From a virus: a stretch of DNA of 64,000 bases. Below are positions 1-8,290 of this stretch, in pieces. The DNA lies in IMG/VR virus record IMGVR_UViG_3300023184_004167, positions 1-64,000 of that record; one strand, written 5' to 3'. Below the pieces are notes generated by a model, which saw only the letters and a list, made by a program, of their open reading frames with translations, ran no database searches and had not been told where the DNA came from. The first letter of the stretch is position 1, and each line of letters opens with the position of its first letter. The translations under genes were made by a program, and so were the position numbers.

Positions 1-830
1 AAGGATTATTTTTATTCCCCTCATATCCAGTAACTTTTGATTACTAATTCTTAATACCGATTAGTTAGACTAATCACTCCTTGAGATATTGGTTACTCTC
101 TTACTACTCCACTCTCTTAAGCCTTGCGAGCTTACTCAGGATTCGACTCCTTAGAGGTTTTTGGTAAAAATACATATTGACTTGGGGTCTTTATGTGCCT
201 CTGACAGCCAGAGACTATGTAGGTACCTGTCACCAACATCTGACGGACACTTTTCCTTGATTGATTAATTTGATTAACTTATTCAAAGTTTTAGTGGTTA
301 GTGGATTGAAAAGGAAGCGGTCCGTCGCCAGCTCAGTTATCTTTTGAACAACCGAATACTAAACTCCCTTATGCAACATCCCTGTCGCCATATTTTTGCT
401 CATCTTCAAAACAAAACCCTTGGTAGAGTTAGGTTAAGGACAACAACAGCACCACCTGTACGATGTCATACCTTTCGGCTTTAAGACAACCTTAATATTG
501 GACTACGTAGTAATGAAGTTGGATAACAACATTTCCCACATAAGTCCTACGGATTATTCTTATTGATGTTCCCATCTCAACCTGACAACCCACATTGCCA
601 AGTAATTTAACCACATCTCCTACAGTGTTACCCTCGGGTACTGAGGTTAAATTATATTCCGCCTGTGTGCTTAAGATTATTACTAATCCGCAACTTACTT
701 AAACCAAGTAAGTCACTTTATCCCGATTTCTCGGTTTATTTGATGACTACACACCGCCAATTATCTTTTATCAGTAAACATCTCAAAATCAACCCGAAGG
801 TCTCATTATCAATATCCTGAATGGATAATA
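1..830 (-). ncRNA. Large structured ncRNA, GOLLD-like; 3' end probably just beyond window start
   Basis: No ORF of 60 aa or more in any frame and GC above the genome background. Dense hairpins on the - strand: ACC-UUCG-GGU (791-802), CCGA-GAAA-UCGG (723-734), ACUUACUU/AAGUAAGU (693-713), GAUUA-GUAA-UAAUC (675-688), GAUG-GGAA-CAUC (565-576), CC-GAAA-GG (471-478), UCGGUUGU/AUAACUGA (333-355), GAUUAG/CUAAUC (59-75), and a long-range GACGGAC/GUCCGUC helix (320-326 with 242-248). Size (~800 nt), phage context and an adjacent tRNA fit GOLLD; the family call is from recollection, not a covariance-model search. Confidence 0.7.
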
Positions 831-836
831 TTTTTA

Positions 837-847
837 TTCAAAGAACT
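837..847 (-). promoter_or_regulatory. boxA-like antitermination site before the large ncRNA
   Basis: AGTTCTTTGAA on the - strand just upstream of the structured RNA; resembles rrn boxA (TGCTCTTTAACA / AGTTCTTTGA). Confidence 0.55.
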
Positions 848-993
848 ATTAAATTTAAAGAAGATGCTGGAATATTTACAACCACCCATTCCCCCCACTT
901 GTAATCACCGATTTTATTTTTAATTTTAAAAATTACTTTCGGTAGGGAAAGAATAATGGAATCTTTACAACCCCATCTTCTTCATTTGTTTCA

Positions 994-1025
994 CAAAGTT
1001 AAGAAGAACTTTTCAATTAATCAAA
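994..1025 (-). promoter_or_regulatory. Bacteroidota sigma-70 promoter (P4)
   Basis: TTTG-N20-TAACTTTG on the - strand, matching the -33/-7 consensus. Confidence 0.85.
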
Positions 1026-1044
1026 TCTTTTTGAAACTTTTTTT

Positions 1045-1129
1045 TTTCGGTTTGATTCACCAGTAGCGACATCACCATACCGCTCTTCCAATCAATTCTT
1101 TTTAGGGAATCTGAAGAATTACCCCGAAA
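1045..1129 (-). ncRNA. Putative ~85 nt multi-stem small RNA downstream of P3
   Basis: Closing stem UUUCGG/CCGAAA with two inner hairpins, AAUUCUU/AAGAAUU and AGCGGUAU-GGUG-AUGUCGCU; starts right after the promoter. Confidence 0.45.
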
Positions 1130-1136
1130 TGTTTCA

Positions 1137-1168
1137 CAAAGTTAAGAAGAATTTTTCATTCAGTCAAA
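1137..1168 (-). promoter_or_regulatory. Bacteroidota sigma-70 promoter (P3)
   Basis: TTTG-N20-TAACTTTG; near-identical ~60 bp context to P4. Confidence 0.85.
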
Positions 1169-1189
1169 TCTTTTTGAAACTTTTTTTTG

Positions 1190-1261
1190 TTTCGGGAGTT
1201 GGATTTGCACCAACGACTAAAAGCTTATGAGACTTTTCTGCTACTACTGCATTATCCCGAA
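1190..1261 (-). tRNA. tRNA-Met (CAT; could be Ile2), no encoded CCA
   Basis: TTCGGGA/TCCCGAA acceptor stem, TGC-AGTAGTA-GCA D arm, AAAGT-CTCATAA-GCTTT anticodon arm, GTTGG-TGCAAAT-CCAAC T arm. Confidence 0.85.
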
Positions 1262-1271
1262 ATATAATATA

Positions 1272-1282
1272 TTTAAAGAACT
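1272..1282 (-). promoter_or_regulatory. boxA-like site before the tRNA
   Basis: AGTTCTTTAAA on the - strand, 10 nt before the tRNA; same motif as 837-847. Confidence 0.5.
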
Positions 1283-1365
1283 AATTTTAAAAGAAGTCCC
1301 ACAAACTTTTAGGTTTTCTCAAACCATTCGTGGGACTCGGTGAGACTCTCATCTCATTTGTTTCA

Positions 1366-1397
1366 CAAAACTAAGAAAAAATTCTCATTTAATCAAA
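1366..1397 (-). promoter_or_regulatory. Bacteroidota sigma-70 promoter (P2)
   Basis: TTTG-N20-TAGTTTTG; third copy of the ~60 bp promoter repeat. Confidence 0.8.
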
Positions 1398-1480
1398 TTT
1401 TTTATGAAACTTTTTGTTTGGGGGATGTTCGTCCTTTCAGACGTAGCTTTATAAATATCCCCATATTCCCCAAACGACTA

Positions 1481-1512
1481 CAAAGATATAAAATATTTTT
1501 TAAAAAGTCAAA
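1481..1512 (-). promoter_or_regulatory. Bacteroidota sigma-70 promoter (P1)
   Basis: TTTG-N20-TATCTTTG. Confidence 0.75.
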
Positions 1513-1547
1513 AAAAATCCTGATAATTTTCATATCAGGACTTTTTT
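1510..1547 (-). terminator. Intrinsic terminator after the T9SS cargo gene
   Basis: TCCTGATA/TATCAGGA inverted repeat flanked by A and T tracts. Confidence 0.6.
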
Positions 1548-1564
1548 CATATTATGTTTTTTAT

Positions 1565-3679
1565 TTATTTCTGAACTAACATTCTAATGGTTTTTCTTGT
1601 ATTACCTATAATATATGTCACAAAATAAATACCATTTTGTAAATTACTATTGGTTATGGTTTTACTAAACACACCCAAATAACTTTGTGTTGTATAATTT
1701 CCAACCAATCTACTATACATATCAAATATTTGAATTTCAACTATTGAATTTTTTTGTGATGATGATTCAACATTTAAACTAAATGTACCATTATTTGGAT
1801 TTGGATATAAATTAACTTGGTCAATGGTTAAGTATTCATTACTCGCACCTCTTTGACCCACAGCACAATTTAAGTGTGTTAATGTTTTAGATACCGCAGC
1901 TCCTAATGCTCCACAAGTTGTTGAACTTTGTACTTTAAGTGCTCCTCCTCTAAACCCCGCATTAAATTGTAATGTTATAACAGAACTATCCATATTTGCA
2001 GATATGATTGTTGTTGATGCCGGTATTGTCCACCTAAATACAGTTATTGGTAATATTACTGAAGCCGCTGGTGATATTACAATGAAATTAACTGAACTTC
2101 CAATACAAGCATTATAGAATCCTGTATTTGAAATAAATGTAATTACTTTTGCCGGTGAGAATGATATTCCCTTTGCGGCTCCAAAATTTCCACAAGCCGA
2201 TTCCCCTTTAGCCGATAATCCCCCACCATTATAACCAGCATCAAAACTTAAATTAATTGAACTACTATCAGCATTTGCAGATATTATTGTTGTAAATGCA
2301 GGTTTAGTCCATCTGAATTTAATTGCGGGTACTTGTGCTATTGTAGGAATAGGATTTGTTAATGTATAATTAACTATTGCCCCAACACAAGGTGTTATTG
2401 TTCCATTTATTGCTGTTGGTGTTGGTGGTGCCGCTCTTGCAAATGCTAATGATGTTGCAGGTATTGAACCTATAGAATTACTTAATGAAACCGTAGCACC
2501 CCCTGAAGATTTTACAATAGTACTTATTGTATTAGTTCCTTGTCCGTTTGTTATGATATTACCAGCCCCACCTAAAACCCAAGCATAATAAACACCACTT
2601 TGATTCGCAACAGTGAATGTTCTAATTGTATCACATGTTTGAGGTTGAATTGAGGTTGTAATAGTAACAGGTGTTGGTAATCCTGTCGGCATTACACAAG
2701 TTCTTGTTATACTATCTGATGGGGGTGTACCCGTACAATTTGCAGGACTTGTTGTATAAGTTCTTATTTGAGTACCATTACTACAACTTGTCCATATTCC
2801 ATAAGTAAATGTACAAGGTAATCTACAAGTTCTTGTTATACTATCTGTTGGTGGTGTACCCGTACAATTTGCTGGACTTGTTGTATATGTTCTTGTTTGA
2901 GTTGTTCCGTTACAAGTTGTCCAACTACCATAAGTAAATGTACAAGGTAAACTACAAGCTCTTGTTATACTATCTGTTGGTGGTGTTCCAGTACATCCTG
3001 CAGGACTTGTTGTATATGTTCTTGTTTGAGTTGTTCCGTTACAAGTTGTCCAACTACCATAAGTAAATGTACACGCTGGTGGTGCAACATATTGATTTGA
3101 TGTTAATGATGTTGTGTAAACAAAATCACCTGTTTCATCACCACTATTATTACCTGCAACCGCTGCAATATAGAATTTAACTCTTGATTGTACCGCAGTT
3201 GGTACAGCTGGTGCAACCCAAGTTAAATTAGAATAAGTGTATGTTGCAGATGCCGTTGATGTTGGAGCATTTGCATGACTTAATTCATAATTACCATTTG
3301 CAATTGTTGGTGTTCCTTTTATGGATGTGTTAGTATTTTGTGTCACCCAAGTTCCAATAACTGCGTGAGTTAAAGTATCTATCGCTTTAATTGATACTCC
3401 CCATATTAATCTGTTTGCCGCAGAGTGAGTGATTTTAATGCTAAAAGGATATGATTGTCCTGCAGTAAATGTTGTAGGTAATCCGATAGCGGTTACACTA
3501 CCACCAGCAGGATTAACAGTTCCACTATGACAACTTGTGCAATTTCTTACTGTTGTACCGTTTAATGATGGTGCCGTTGAATATCCTGTCGGACAATTTG
3601 GATTACTTAAAACGAAAGCCGAACACATAAAAATTAATGTGGTTACAGCAATTAAAATTCTTTTGTTTAGTTTTTTCAT
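1565..3679 (-). CDS. Secreted T9SS type A sorting-domain protein (Reeler/choice-of-anchor V-like N-terminus with CxxCH, 3 TSP1-like repeats, Ig/PKD-like domains)
   Basis: Signal peptide; NCTSCH motif; Reeler-like 'WVAP...VKFYIAAVAGN'; C-terminal 'VNLYPNPNNGTF...GIYFV...RMLVQK', typical of a T9SS CTD. Confidence 0.85.
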   Translation of the reverse strand: MKKLNKRILIAVTTLIFMCSAFVLSNPNCPTGYSTAPSLNGTTVRNCTSCHSGTVNPAGGSVTAIGLPTTFTAGQSYPFSIKITHSAANRLIWGVSIKAIDTLTHAVIGTWVTQNTNTSIKGTPTIANGNYELSHANAPTSTASATYTYSNLTWVAPAVPTAVQSRVKFYIAAVAGNNSGDETGDFVYTTSLTSNQYVAPPACTFTYGSWTTCNGTTQTRTYTTSPAGCTGTPPTDSITRACSLPCTFTYGSWTTCNGTTQTRTYTTSPANCTGTPPTDSITRTCRLPCTFTYGIWTSCSNGTQIRTYTTSPANCTGTPPSDSITRTCVMPTGLPTPVTITTSIQPQTCDTIRTFTVANQSGVYYAWVLGGAGNIITNGQGTNTISTIVKSSGGATVSLSNSIGSIPATSLAFARAAPPTPTAINGTITPCVGAIVNYTLTNPIPTIAQVPAIKFRWTKPAFTTIISANADSSSINLSFDAGYNGGGLSAKGESACGNFGAAKGISFSPAKVITFISNTGFYNACIGSSVNFIVISPAASVILPITVFRWTIPASTTIISANMDSSVITLQFNAGFRGGALKVQSSTTCGALGAAVSKTLTHLNCAVGQRGASNEYLTIDQVNLYPNPNNGTFSLNVESSSQKNSIVEIQIFDMYSRLVGNYTTQSYLGVFSKTITNSNLQNGIYFVTYIIGNTRKTIRMLVQK
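2696..3073 (-). repeat. Three tandem 129 bp (43 aa) Cys/Trp repeats, thrombospondin-like
   Basis: CTFTYGSWTTCNGTTQTRTYTTSPAxCTGTPPxDSITRxC three times, near-identical at DNA level. Confidence 0.9.
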
Positions 3680-3703
3680 TTTTGATTTTTGATTTTCATA
3701 GGT

Positions 3704-4255
3704 TTATTTTATTATATTATATTCACAAATTACTTTAACTTTTGCAATGTCTGATATTGCATCAACAACAACACCCGGAACATCAATATTATAATCTCTT
3801 AAAGCAACATTAAAGTTTGCATTTGCGGTTATAACACCATTAACAATTGTAAAGGTTCCATTTGTTTCTACATTTTTTTTAACACCATGTATTTCTAATA
3901 CACCTTTAACATTAACAGGATAATTACCATCTTTTTTGAAATTAACAGATGTAATATTTGTTATTGTCCCTGTAAATGTTGATTTAGTATATTTTTCGCT
4001 TTCCATATAATTTTCATTAAAGTGGTCTTCCATTAAGGATTGTCTAAAATGATATTCTTTTATGTTAGTTGAAAATTGAAACTGTCCTGTTGTTGCATCA
4101 AAGACACTTATAGTTGTTTTGTTGATACCTATAACATCAACTAATGTTGAACTAGCATCAAATGTTACATTACCAGTTTTTGTGTAATATCTTTGAGCAA
4201 TCAAACTATTAACTAAAAAAAATGCTACAATTATTAAAATTAATTTTTTATTCAT
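3704..4255 (-). CDS. YceI family lipid/polyisoprenoid-binding protein
   Basis: Signal peptide; 'LMEDHFNENYMESEKY..STFTG' and 'G.LEIHGVKK', as in Bacteroidota YceI proteins. Confidence 0.85.
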   Translation of the reverse strand: MNKKLILIIVAFFLVNSLIAQRYYTKTGNVTFDASSTLVDVIGINKTTISVFDATTGQFQFSTNIKEYHFRQSLMEDHFNENYMESEKYTKSTFTGTITNITSVNFKKDGNYPVNVKGVLEIHGVKKNVETNGTFTIVNGVITANANFNVALRDYNIDVPGVVVDAISDIAKVKVICEYNIIK

Positions 4256-4262
4256 ATTTTTT

Positions 4263-4751
4263 TTATTTTATATTATAACTTAATCTCAAGATAAATCCTG
4301 AGATACTATTATCGTGTTTTTGACTAAGAGCTGTGATATATTTACCTTCAACCCCCAATTTTCCAATATCAAAACGAATTGAAGTACAAAGAGTTTGTTT
4401 AAATCCATTATTTTCATTGAAAAAACTAACTCCAAACATTTGAGATAATGAAATAATTGAATCAATATGGGCTCTAACCCCTATTAATAATGGTGCTTGA
4501 AATAATGATTGGTTTTCATCTTTACCTAGAATGTAATCATACCCAGATACTAAAACATACCCCACGTTGTTATTAACTGGTAATACCTCCATCTCAACCA
4601 TTCCACCAATACCCGTGAAATGAGTATCCTTTAATGTTCCAATAGGTGTATAAAGTTCAGGGCCAATATTAAATTTAACATCTACCTTGTTCTGACTAAA
4701 AGAAGTCATAGTTGTAAGTAAAAAACCAAATAATATTAAAATTTTTTTCAT
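4263..4751 (-). CDS. Outer-membrane beta-barrel-like protein
   Basis: Signal peptide, amphipathic strands, 'APLLIGVR', C-terminal 'LRLSYNIK'. Confidence 0.6.
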   Translation of the reverse strand: MKKILILFGFLLTTMTSFSQNKVDVKFNIGPELYTPIGTLKDTHFTGIGGMVEMEVLPVNNNVGYVLVSGYDYILGKDENQSLFQAPLLIGVRAHIDSIISLSQMFGVSFFNENNGFKQTLCTSIRFDIGKLGVEGKYITALSQKHDNSISGFILRLSYNIK

Positions 4752-4838
4752 AATTATTTACTGATAAATATCACAATAGGGCAAAAAAAAACAACAAACA
4801 CTAATGTTTGCTGTTCTTTAATTTTGCCTTTTTTTTAA

Positions 4839-5348
4839 TTACAGGGTGTATGTAAAAACTATACCTAAGGTTTTTTGAACGTAATCTTTACGTGTGAAGT
4901 TCAAATATCTAAAATCTGCTGAGATTTTTTTAACTTGTAATCCAATGTAAGGTGAATAAATAAATTCAGTAGTTCCATACTCTTTTTTATTGTAGAATGA
5001 TGGCCCTGCACTTGCTCCAAAGTAGAAGGTTTCATTGATTGGATATCTAAGTCCCAACATAACGGGGATTTTAGCATAACCATTACCATCTGTCTTTGTA
5101 AATCTCAAGTAACCAGCGTCTGCGGTCAATGTAATTTTTTTGGAAATCTTTGTGTTCTTGTAAGTGACTTCACCCATTGTAGATGATGTCTTTAATCTAC
5201 TTTCTTCAACATTTACATCTACTGGAAGTCCTGTTGCAATTCCTACCCTGTAATTGAACTTAGATGTTGTTGGTGTTTTAACTGCCGGTGTTTGACCGAA
5301 TGTCGCGATAGAAGTAATAACCCCTAAGATAACGAATACTTTTTTCAT
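4839..5348 (-). CDS. Outer-membrane beta-barrel protein
   Basis: Signal peptide; 'IPVMLGLRY', 'FIYSPYIG', C-terminal beta-signal-like 'LGIVFTYTL'. Confidence 0.7.
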   Translation of the reverse strand: MKKVFVILGVITSIATFGQTPAVKTPTTSKFNYRVGIATGLPVDVNVEESRLKTSSTMGEVTYKNTKISKKITLTADAGYLRFTKTDGNGYAKIPVMLGLRYPINETFYFGASAGPSFYNKKEYGTTEFIYSPYIGLQVKKISADFRYLNFTRKDYVQKTLGIVFTYTL

Positions 5349-5400
5349 AATTGTTTTTTTTAATTTTTAAAAATATATAAAGTTTTATTTGTGTTGTCAA

Positions 5401-5823
5401 CTATTTCTCTAAAATAATTTCAATTAACCTATGAAGATAGGTACCAGAAGTCTCGGCAGTAATTTCACTAATAGGAAAATAACCACATTCAGTATGTTCT
5501 GTTCCATCAATAGCATTAATTAAATCAGGCATAATTTCTTCATCTGTATTTAATAAATAAACATACATTAACCCTTTAACTTTTTTCCCATCTCTGGTGT
5601 GTCTTGGTATTAACCCAATGAATGTCAATGTCTTATCATCTATGTCTATGGCCGTCTCTTCAAAGAATTCTCTCTTTGCTGCGTCCATAGTTGATTCCGC
5701 ATCTTCTAACTTACCCGCAGGGATGCTCCACATACCAGGTAATATTCCTTGACTATTTCTTTTACAAAGAAGAACTTTATCCTTACATTTAACCAGTACA
5801 CCGACGTATCTTTTATTATCCAT
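5401..5823 (-). CDS. NUDIX hydrolase
   Basis: Nudix box 'PAGKLEDAESTMDAAKREFFEETAI'; start taken at ATG 5823 to avoid overlap with the divergent gene. Confidence 0.9.
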   Translation of the reverse strand: MDNKRYVGVLVKCKDKVLLCKRNSQGILPGMWSIPAGKLEDAESTMDAAKREFFEETAIDIDDKTLTFIGLIPRHTRDGKKVKGLMYVYLLNTDEEIMPDLINAIDGTEHTECGYFPISEITAETSGTYLHRLIEIILEK

Positions 5824-5836
5824 TATATTTATTGTT

Positions 5837-6187
5837 ATGAAAGTTAAAATTAGTAAAAATATCTTTAAAGTCAAAACACTTACAGATAATTATTCTCAAT
5901 CAGTTGGAATGATGGGAAAGAAGTTTGACAAAGGATTCAATGGTCTTCTATTTTTAATGGGTGGCAAGAAGCAATGTTTTTGGATGAAGGATTGTTTAAT
6001 CCCTTTAGATATATTAATTATTAAAAATAATGTGGTTGTAAATATTCACGAAAACTGCCCTCCTTGTGAAGAAGATGATTGTCCGTCTTATTGTGGCAGA
6101 GGTAATATTGTATTAGAAATCGCCGGTGGTTCCTGTGAAGAATTAGGAATCCAATCCGGCGATTCAGTTGAGTATCTTTTTAATTAA
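5837..6187 (+). CDS. DUF192 domain protein
   Basis: 'GMM...GLLF...FWMKDCLIPLDILII...VLEIAGG...GIQSGD'. Confidence 0.85.
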   Translation: MKVKISKNIFKVKTLTDNYSQSVGMMGKKFDKGFNGLLFLMGGKKQCFWMKDCLIPLDILIIKNNVVVNIHENCPPCEEDDCPSYCGRGNIVLEIAGGSCEELGIQSGDSVEYLFN

Positions 6188-6594
6188 GGATTAAACACTA
6201 ACACTTTCATAGATGGTTCTAACTGCAATAGTTCACCATTCTTAAATTTAATGACTAATGTTCCCCCAATTGCTTGAATTTTTGTTTGTTGTTCAATCAC
6301 ATCAGAATGAGATTTAGGTCTCAAATCTATAACATATTTTTCATCCCCTTCACTACCTGAAGGTAAAATTGTTAATTTGTTACTTTTAATGGAAACCATC
6401 ATTCCTTCTTGTAATTCATTAAATCTTTTGCTGTTAATTATATCTTGCACCTTTTTTTTAGGGCCTAATTCGGAACCCATAGTATCAAAACCCATAGTCT
6501 TGTCCATACCCATATCTCCCATTTCATCTTCTTTGATAACTCTTTTAACTAAACGAACCAAATCTGATTCCGTTAATTTTATAATTTTTTTCAT
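6184..6594 (-). CDS. Hypothetical protein with N-terminal 'IKLTESDL..VIKE' leader
   Basis: ORF with upstream TATTTAT motif (6611-6617); leader shared with other ORFs in the window. Confidence 0.75.
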   Translation of the reverse strand: MKKIIKLTESDLVRLVKRVIKEDEMGDMGMDKTMGFDTMGSELGPKKKVQDIINSKRFNELQEGMMVSIKSNKLTILPSGSEGDEKYVIDLRPKSHSDVIEQQTKIQAIGGTLVIKFKNGELLQLEPSMKVLVFNP

Positions 6595-6648
6595 ATTTTA
6601 CTATTTTAATATAAATATACAGATAATAAAAAAAGAGGTGTAAACCTC

Positions 6649-7500
6649 TTAATTTAATTCTATCTCCAATTGTTTTTTCTTATCAATAAACGCCTGAACC
6701 CTATCTCTCGCAACTTTAGTATATGTTTCACTTAACTCAATTCCAATCCATTGTCTATCTAATATTTCTGCTGCCACACAACTTGTTCCACTACCAGCGA
6801 ATGGGTCAAGGACAATGTCATTCTTATATGTAAGAATCTTTATCGCCTTACTCGGAATGTCCATTGAGAATGTAGCCTTCGTCATTTGTTTGGTATCATT
6901 CAAATACTTCCATTGTCCAAATACCAACTCCATAAAGTCTTTCTTATCTTGCTCCTGATACACAACCTTTTTCTTGATTGTACCATCTTCCATTTCAATA
7001 TCCGTAGGAACACCCTCCCATTGTGGGACGCCCTTAACTTTCTTAATATGTTGTTTCTTGTAAGCAAGAATAACACATTCCTTCGGATTATAGATATATG
7101 GTGACGATGGACTCATCCAAGAACCCCAAGCAGTAGTCTTACTTCTGTGGGGACTATCTTCTTCTAAATCAACAACACCAAAAAATTTAAACCCAACCTT
7201 CTTCATAACCGCCCAAAACTCAGAAACAAAGAATACTCTACCCCCACGAGTTTGAACATTTGTCTCATACGGAATATTAATACTAACTCTACCATCATCT
7301 TTGATGACTCTATATACTTCAGTCAACCATTTCTCAGTAAAGTCCCAATACTCATCCATTATCAGTTCATCATTATGTGTATCATATTTAATACCCACAT
7401 TGTATGGGGGGCTGGTACAAACTAAGTCAATACTGCTCTCAGGAAATGTTCCCATAACATCAATACAATCTCCGTTTATAATTCTATTTGTTTCTATCAT
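6649..7500 (-). CDS. DNA methyltransferase (N4-C/N6-A, beta class)
   Basis: 'TSPPYN' motif IV before 'VLDPFAGSGT' motif I. Confidence 0.95.
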   Translation of the reverse strand: MIETNRIINGDCIDVMGTFPESSIDLVCTSPPYNVGIKYDTHNDELIMDEYWDFTEKWLTEVYRVIKDDGRVSINIPYETNVQTRGGRVFFVSEFWAVMKKVGFKFFGVVDLEEDSPHRSKTTAWGSWMSPSSPYIYNPKECVILAYKKQHIKKVKGVPQWEGVPTDIEMEDGTIKKKVVYQEQDKKDFMELVFGQWKYLNDTKQMTKATFSMDIPSKAIKILTYKNDIVLDPFAGSGTSCVAAEILDRQWIGIELSETYTKVARDRVQAFIDKKKQLEIELN

Positions 7501-7733
7501 GGGTTAAGATTTTCTAATAACTTTATTTTTCTGTCTAAATAAAAGGCTGCTTTTTTTAAATCCTCAATTTCTCTTGTTGGGTCTTTTTTGCCTGCCCTTG
7601 CAACATACTTAACAACATTAAAAAGATATGCGTCTTGATGAAGTTCCCAAGCTTCACATACCTTTATAACTTCATAAATATTTTCGTCTCCCCCATAATG
7701 GGAAGGATGATTAATCATTTCTTTGTTCTCCAT
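7497..7733 (-). CDS. DUF3310 domain protein
   Basis: 'INHPSHY...NVVKYVARAGKK...EDLKKAAFYL'. Confidence 0.9.
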   Translation of the reverse strand: MENKEMINHPSHYGGDENIYEVIKVCEAWELHQDAYLFNVVKYVARAGKKDPTREIEDLKKAAFYLDRKIKLLENLNP

Positions 7734-7851
7734 CAGTTTGCCATTTTTTTTTCATATATTCAAAATACCTGTCCAACTTTTTTTCATTATACATAAAATA
7801 TAGTATATAATAATCATAAATCCAGTCAAGTTTCTTAAGAATTTTTTTCAT
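7711..7851 (-). CDS. Small hypothetical protein
   Basis: Fits the operon, overlapping both neighbours; start moved to ATG 7851. Confidence 0.5.
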   Translation of the reverse strand: MKKILKKLDWIYDYYILYFMYNEKKLDRYFEYMKKKWQTDGEQRND

Positions 7852-8062
7852 TTTTAGTTTTTTTAGAATTTGATGGTTGGTTCTCGCGAGTTTTATCATC
7901 CACAGATTGTTTTACTTTTCCTGTGTATAATTTCCATTCTGATTTTGGAACATACTTCCAATAACCGCCCTTAACTTCTGACTCTGCTTCAGATTCTTTA
8001 ACTCTTTTAATTTCTCCTGCTTCAACATTCTTTGTTGATTTTACCAATTTAATACATTTCAT
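7835..8062 (-). CDS. Hypothetical protein
   Basis: ORF in a tightly packed operon. Confidence 0.65.
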   Translation of the reverse strand: MKCIKLVKSTKNVEAGEIKRVKESEAESEVKGGYWKYVPKSEWKLYTGKVKQSVDDKTRENQPSNSKKTKNEKNS

Positions 8063-8066
8063 AAGA

Positions 8067-8273
8067 TTAATCCTCCGTGTTTTTTAATTGTTTATTAATT
8101 ATTTGAATAATTTCATTATCAGACTTACCTTCACTAAACAAGTCATATGCATATGAGCTCTCTTTATCTTCAAAGATTAATGCCTCACATTTTGTGAATA
8201 GATTTTTTAATCCATTAGTTTTTGAACTTGTAAGTATTACTTGATAGTTCAAGTATCTTTTATGAAATCCCAT
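8067..8273 (-). CDS. Hypothetical protein
   Basis: ORF in a tightly packed operon. Confidence 0.65.
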   Translation of the reverse strand: MGFHKRYLNYQVILTSSKTNGLKNLFTKCEALIFEDKESSYAYDLFSEGKSDNEIIQIINKQLKNTED

Positions 8274-8290
8274 AAATAAATCTAAGAAAT

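Noticed and set aside
1-830. rRNA fragment, tmRNA, RNase P or self-splicing intron
   Set aside because: No universal 16S/23S, RNase P or tmRNA signatures recognised; no interrupted gene or intron-encoded ORF. Not formally excluded without a covariance-model search.
986-1416. Three ~60 bp direct repeats with unique intervening sequence, resembling a CRISPR array
   Set aside because: Repeats are too long and degenerate, spacing is irregular (143 and 229 bp), one interval holds a tRNA, there is no cas operon, and each repeat is explained as a Bacteroidota promoter.
1340-1579. 79 aa + strand ORF
   Set aside because: Lies antisense over promoters, hairpins and a terminator; low-complexity F/K/I composition.
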